Of a stretch of DNA of 64,000 bases, positions 59,904 through 64,000 are shown in pieces. Location of the stretch: positions 59,586-123,585 of the forward strand of contig JAKQEI010000087.1 in the NCBI GenBank assembly GCA_029573495.1. Reading direction: 5' to 3'. The notes under the pieces were generated by a model. The model saw only the letters and a program-made list of their open reading frames with translations. It made no database searches and had not been told where the DNA came from. Both the position numbers and the translations under genes were made by a program. This DNA is from Bacteroidota bacterium. Lineage in GTDB: Bacteria; Bacteroidota; Bacteroidia; Flavobacteriales_F; PHOS-HE28. Position 1 is the stretch's first letter; every line of letters begins with the position of its first letter.

Positions 59904-60347
59904 CTACACCTCCCAAGGCTTTCCTGTACGGTACACGGTGCCCTTGAAGTGTGCCACGGATTCGTTGCGCTGGTTGGTCACGGTGATGTAGTACATGCCG
60001 GTGCCGCGTGTCAGGCTCTTCTCCTCGCTGGTGGCGGTCAGCACGTCGCCTTCCTTCACGGGTTTGGTGTGGCTAATACTGGTCTCCACGCTCACGGCCT
60101 GTATGCCATGACTGTTGGATGCGAAGGCCAGGCAGCTGTCGGCGAGGGAGTAGGTGATCCCACCGTGGGCGATCGTGAAGCCGTTCAACATCTCCTCGCG
60201 CACCGTCATGCGCAGGACACAGGCACCGGGCCGTACCTCCACGCGCTCGATCCCCAGCCACACACTGAATGGGTCATTGTCGTACATGCGTGCGACCACC
60301 AGTTCGGCCCGCTTCTGATCATCCATGTGCACGAATGTACCGTTCAC
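59904..60347 (-). CDS. PaaI-family (hotdog) thioesterase
   Basis: PaaI-like motif (NGFTIAHGGITYSLADS). Confidence 0.75.
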   Translation of the reverse strand: MNGTFVHMDDQKRAELVVARMYDNDPFSVWLGIERVEVRPGACVLRMTVREEMLNGFTIAHGGITYSLADSCLAFASNSHGIQAVSVETSISHTKPVKEGDVLTATSEEKSLTRGTGMYYITVTNQRNESVAHFKGTVYRTGKPWEV

Positions 60348-60865
60348 CCTTCGCTGAAGAGGTCCGGGGCCAACACGCCTTCATGTTCCAACAGCCACTT
60401 CTTCCGCCAGATGCCACCGATGTATCCTGTCAGCAGACCATCCGCTGAGAGCACGCGATGGCATGGAACGATGATGGGGATCGGGTTCCGGCCACATGCG
60501 TTGCCGACGGTACGGGCGATGGCCTTGCCTCCGATGCGGTCCGCCAAGGCTTGGTAGGTGGTGGCCTGGCCGAAGGGGATCGCCTCCAGCATTCCCCAAA
60601 CGAGCTGCTGGAAGCGGGTCCCAAGCCGTTGGACAGGCAGTTCGAACCGGTCCTTCCGTCCCAGGAAGTAGGCCTCGAGCTGGTGCTGTGCTTCCGTCAA
60701 TACCGTTGGATGCCTGGCCTGCCGGACATGGAGTGCATCGAAGGAAAGTCGGGTGATCACCAGACCATCGCTCTCCACCCACAACTTGCCGATAGGGCTC
60801 TCCGCCACCGCCACGTGCAATGGCGCGAACAGTTCTGGCTCCGGGGTCTTCGGTCGACTGGGCAT
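60344..60865 (-). CDS. ogt: Methylated-DNA--protein-cysteine methyltransferase
   Basis: Active-site PCHRV motif. N-terminal and C-terminal MGMT domains. Confidence 0.85.
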   Translation of the reverse strand: MPSRPKTPEPELFAPLHVAVAESPIGKLWVESDGLVITRLSFDALHVRQARHPTVLTEAQHQLEAYFLGRKDRFELPVQRLGTRFQQLVWGMLEAIPFGQATTYQALADRIGGKAIARTVGNACGRNPIPIIVPCHRVLSADGLLTGYIGGIWRKKWLLEHEGVLAPDLFSEG

Positions 60866-60898
60866 GGCGCTCCGGTATCTTCGGGCAAATTACCCACG

Positions 60899-61564
60899 AT
60901 GGCCTGGTTCACCAACGACTTCAACGACTTCTTCAAGGACCTTGCGAAGAACAACAACAAGGAGTGGTTCGATGCGAACCGCAAGCGCTATGAAGCGAGT
61001 GTGAAGGAACCGTTCACCGCCTTCGTAGCAGAGGCCATCAAGCGCATCGGCAAGCACGATAAGGCCGTGCGCATCGAGCCGAAAGAAGCCATTTTCCGCA
61101 TCAACCGGGATATCCGTTTCAGCAAGGACAAGACCCCCTACAAGCTGAACGCATCGGCCATCATCTCACCCGCAGGACGGAAGGACCACGCCACGCCGGG
61201 CATCTATTTCGAACTGGGACCGGAAAGCGTGAAGTTCTACGGAGGCGCATACCAGCCGGAGAAGGAGCAATTGGAACGTATCCGCACCGCGATCATGCGC
61301 GACCCGAAGGGTTTCCGTAAGACCATCGAGAACAAGGCTTTCACCGCGCTGTTCGACGGCGTGCTGGGCGAGGCGAACAAGGTGTTGCCAAACGAGTTCA
61401 GGGAAGCTGCCATGAAGGAACCCCTGATCGCCAATAAACAGTTCTACGTGGGTGCGGAACGATCACCGAAGTTGGTGGCTGACCCGAAGTTGATGGACCA
61501 AATGATGGACCACTACCTGGCCATGCGCCCCTTCAATGCATGGCTGGCCGCCGCGATGCGATGA
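60899..61564 (+). CDS. DUF2461 (TIGR02453) family protein
   Basis: Characteristic MAWFTNDFNDFFKDLAKNNNKEWFDANRKRYE start. ATG at 60899; track ORF N-terminal extension rejected. Confidence 0.7.
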   Translation: MAWFTNDFNDFFKDLAKNNNKEWFDANRKRYEASVKEPFTAFVAEAIKRIGKHDKAVRIEPKEAIFRINRDIRFSKDKTPYKLNASAIISPAGRKDHATPGIYFELGPESVKFYGGAYQPEKEQLERIRTAIMRDPKGFRKTIENKAFTALFDGVLGEANKVLPNEFREAAMKEPLIANKQFYVGAERSPKLVADPKLMDQMMDHYLAMRPFNAWLAAAMR

Positions 61565-61624
61565 CGCCGGAAATAAGAAGCGCCCGCCGATGGCGAGCGC
61601 TTCCCACTTTCACCGAAAGGGACC

Positions 61625-62278
61625 TCAGTTGGCGGTGCCACTGAGTTCCACGGACAGTTCGATCGCGTCGTTGAGGACCACGTCCTTCATCGGCGCTTTC
61701 CAGGCTACACCATACTTCTGACGGTCGAAGGAGAGTTTCCCGGTGGCCTTCGCCATTCCGTTCTCTTGGGATACCGCGATATCGGTCACTTTTTCCTCAT
61801 TCGTCTTGCCACGCACGGTCAGGTTGCCAGTCGCGGTGCTGCCATCCACGCTGGTGATCTCGAAGGTCGCCGTCGGGAAGCTATCCACAGCGAAGAAGTC
61901 GGCGCTGCTCAGGTGCCCGACCAGCATGCTGCGCGTGCCCTGCTTGGCATCGTCCGCAGCGTAATTGCTATCAAGTGGGGTGATGCTCTTCATGTCCACC
62001 ACGAAGGAACCACCGGTGAGCATGTCACCTTTCACGCTGAACTTGCCTTCGGTGAGCTTCACCGTACCATGATGGCTCTTCACGCCGAGCATGGTACCGG
62101 TCCAAGTCACCTGGCTGCCCGCTGCGTCAACAGTGTAGGACTTCTCCATGGCAGCCACGTTGGCGAGGCTGTCCTGCATCGCTTTCTCTTTGGCTGCCTT
62201 GATCTCGGCTTCGCTGGGGCCGCACGCTACCAATGCAACAGCGGCGAGCGCGACAACGGACAATACAGGGGCTTTCAT
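61625..62278 (-). CDS. YceI-family lipoprotein
   Basis: Lipobox LVAC. YceI pattern (VTWTGTMLGVKSHHGTVKL ... KGKTNEEKVTDIAV). Confidence 0.75.
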   Translation of the reverse strand: MKAPVLSVVALAAVALVACGPSEAEIKAAKEKAMQDSLANVAAMEKSYTVDAAGSQVTWTGTMLGVKSHHGTVKLTEGKFSVKGDMLTGGSFVVDMKSITPLDSNYAADDAKQGTRSMLVGHLSSADFFAVDSFPTATFEITSVDGSTATGNLTVRGKTNEEKVTDIAVSQENGMAKATGKLSFDRQKYGVAWKAPMKDVVLNDAIELSVELSGTAN

Positions 62279-62367
62279 CTTGGGTTGAATGGTTGTTTGG
62301 GGTGGCAAAGGAAAAGACTTATTCCTTACCATGGAAAATAATTGAAGGAATTCGACGAAAACCCTGG

Positions 62368-63531
62368 TCAGCGCAACGAACTACGGTCGGTCGAGGCCTT
62401 CAGGAGAAGTGGTGATGGACGGTACCGGTCCTCGCCATAGGTGGCCTGCAAACGCTGCAGCACGCCAAGCCAATGGGCGGCGCCCTGTTCATCGGCCCAT
62501 GCCAACAAGCCTTTCGGGTAGTTCACTCCCTTGGTCATGGCCAGGTCGATGTCCTGCGCACTGGCCACTTGCCAGAACAGGGCATCGGCCGCTTCATTGA
62601 TCAGCATGGCGAGGATGCGCTCCACGATGGGTGTGGACACCGCCCCGTCCACCGCGGGGAATGCGGGCATCGCGCCATCGGCGTAGCTGTAGTACCCGCG
62701 CCCGCTCTTGCGTCCCAGGCGGCCGCTTTCCACTTGTCGCTGCTGGGTGAAGCTGGGCTTGTAGCGCGGGTCGTAGAAGAAGGCCTCCCAAACCGTCCTC
62801 GTCACGGTGAAGTTGATGTCGTTGCCGATGAGGTCCATCAGTTCGAAGGGCCCCATCTTGAACCCTGCGCTTTTCATGGCCGCATCGATGGTGGGCATGT
62901 CAGCGATGCCTTCCTCGAAGATGCGGATGGCCTCGCCGTAGAAGGGTCGCGCCACGCGGTTCACAATGAAGCCGGGAGTGTCCTTGCACACCACGGGGGT
63001 CTTGCCCCAGGCCTGCATCAGGGCCATCAGGCGGGAGGCCAGCGTGGCCTCCGTGGCCAGGCCGGGCACCACTTCCACCAAGGGCAGCAGGGGGGCGGGG
63101 TTGAAGAAGTGCAGGCCGATGACGCGCTCCGGCCGGCTGCAGGCCGCGGCAATGGCCGTCACCGATAAGGATGAGGTGTTCGTAGCCAGCACCGCATCCT
63201 CGGCAACGAAGGCTTCAAGGTCCGTGAAGACCTTCTTTTTAACGGCTAGGTCTTCGATAATGGCTTCAATGACCAGCCCACAAGGAGCCAGGTCCTTCAG
63301 GTTGGTGGCAGGCCTCAGTCGGTCGGTGATCGCTTTGCCTTCCTCCGCAGTGATCTTGCCTTTCGCGACAAGTTTGTCGATGGTGCCGCGCAGGCCGGTG
63401 AGCGCTCGCTCTAATGTGGCGCTGTTCGCGTCGTACAGGTAGCACGTGTGACCCGCTTGGGCAGCCACTTGCGCGATGCCGCTGCCCATGGTGCCCGCCC
63501 CGATGACCCCAACGATGGTGTTTTGTTCCAT
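62368..63531 (-). CDS. 3-hydroxyacyl-CoA (3-hydroxybutyryl-CoA) dehydrogenase family protein
   Basis: NAD-binding GVIGAGTMGSGIA. HBD N- and C-terminal domains plus extra C-terminal extension. Confidence 0.85.
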   Translation of the reverse strand: MEQNTIVGVIGAGTMGSGIAQVAAQAGHTCYLYDANSATLERALTGLRGTIDKLVAKGKITAEEGKAITDRLRPATNLKDLAPCGLVIEAIIEDLAVKKKVFTDLEAFVAEDAVLATNTSSLSVTAIAAACSRPERVIGLHFFNPAPLLPLVEVVPGLATEATLASRLMALMQAWGKTPVVCKDTPGFIVNRVARPFYGEAIRIFEEGIADMPTIDAAMKSAGFKMGPFELMDLIGNDINFTVTRTVWEAFFYDPRYKPSFTQQRQVESGRLGRKSGRGYYSYADGAMPAFPAVDGAVSTPIVERILAMLINEAADALFWQVASAQDIDLAMTKGVNYPKGLLAWADEQGAAHWLGVLQRLQATYGEDRYRPSPLLLKASTDRSSLR

Positions 63532-63550
63532 GCGGCGAAGATCGGGGTGC

Positions 63551-63584
63551 TGATCAGATGATCAGATGATGAGATGATCAGACA
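63551..63584. repeat. Short tandem repeat, three 8-mer GATGATCA-type units (one variant GATGATGA) plus partial unit, each with GATC
   Basis: Read directly: TGATCA GATGATCA GATGATGA GATGATCA GACA between divergent genes. Confidence 0.7.
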
Positions 63585-64000
63585 ATGAGAATCGGCTTCG
63601 ATATCATCACAGTGGTCCACCAGGCGTCCATTACGGATTGGATCCAGGCTATAGCGGCATTGTTGGCCGTGGTGGGCACGGTTGCCACGCTTTGGAAGCT
63701 GTACCAGCGCGATGAGCAGAAGCAGGCGATGATCGAGGAGTTGAAGACACATTCCGCAGCGGCGGTGGATCAAGCGAGGCACCTGAGCGAGCAGGTCACG
63801 CAATTGGGTCAGCAGGTCTTCCAGTTGGAGCGCATCCATGAGGCCATTGCCAAGGGGATCGAGTTCATGGCCAAGGATGAAGGCTTGAAGGCAGAGATCA
63901 AGAAGATCGAGATGCGGCCGGATTTCGAGTTCCAGTCCCATATGCCCAAACCTGGCCGGATCGAAGCGACACTGAAGGCAGTGAATCGCGGCGGGTTTGC
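63585..64000 (+). CDS. Hypothetical membrane/coiled-coil protein (5' partial, runs off window)
   Basis: ATG at 63585 with open frame to window end (138 codons). One TM helix (WIQAIAALLAVVGTVATLW) then coiled coil. Not in ORF track because there is no stop within window. Confidence 0.45.
   Translation, partial: MRIGFDIITVVHQASITDWIQAIAALLAVVGTVATLWKLYQRDEQKQAMIEELKTHSAAAVDQARHLSEQVTQLGQQVFQLERIHEAIAKGIEFMAKDEGLKAEIKKIEMRPDFEFQSHMPKPGRIEATLKAVNRGGF

Noticed and set aside
63411-63941. 176-aa minus-strand ORF at window end
   Set aside because: Would overlap the 3-hydroxyacyl-CoA dehydrogenase start by 120 nt on the same strand. The + strand frame from ATG 63585 is open to the window end and encodes a TM helix plus coiled coil, so the + strand gene is preferred.

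Overview
This 64-kb window looks like gene-dense core chromosome of a high-GC (~60-65%) member of the Bacteroidota/Rhodothermota lineage. The marker genes supporting that placement are a Bat (Bacteroides aerotolerance-like) operon, GldF/GldG-like ABC components with a DUF4340 partner, FKBP lipoproteins and DUF1015. About 73 CDSs are called, frequently with 4-bp ATGA or small overlaps that suggest translationally coupled operons. I found no rRNA, tRNA, transposase, integrase or CRISPR array.

Identifiable housekeeping genes include dnaA, dnaN, recF, ligA, ndk, ribH, ribD, prmC, dapA, purC, phoH, serC, serA, rpmE2 (type-B L31), ogt, a thiolase, a 3-hydroxyacyl-CoA dehydrogenase, nrnA-like DHH phosphoesterase and a low-molecular-weight protein tyrosine phosphatase.

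The ORF track uses non-ATG starts (TTG/GTG), so several starts were re-assigned to in-frame ATGs. Many long antisense ORFs are high-GC artefacts.

The most unusual locus is a tightly coupled four-gene minus-strand cassette at 28902-32874: an NTase-fold protein, a B12-binding radical SAM enzyme and two class I SAM methyltransferases. It has no obvious pathway assignment and is the best candidate for an undescribed modification or biosynthetic system. Secondary observations are a complete seven-gene Bat operon with an atypical low-complexity terminal gene, a 13-bp perfect inverted repeat between convergent genes, an AT-rich island in otherwise GC-rich DNA, a GATGATCA tandem repeat in a divergent promoter region, and dispersed replication genes (dnaA, dnaN, recF) with no convincing DnaA-box cluster.

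All functional calls rest on motif and fold recognition by eye. No database searches were possible.
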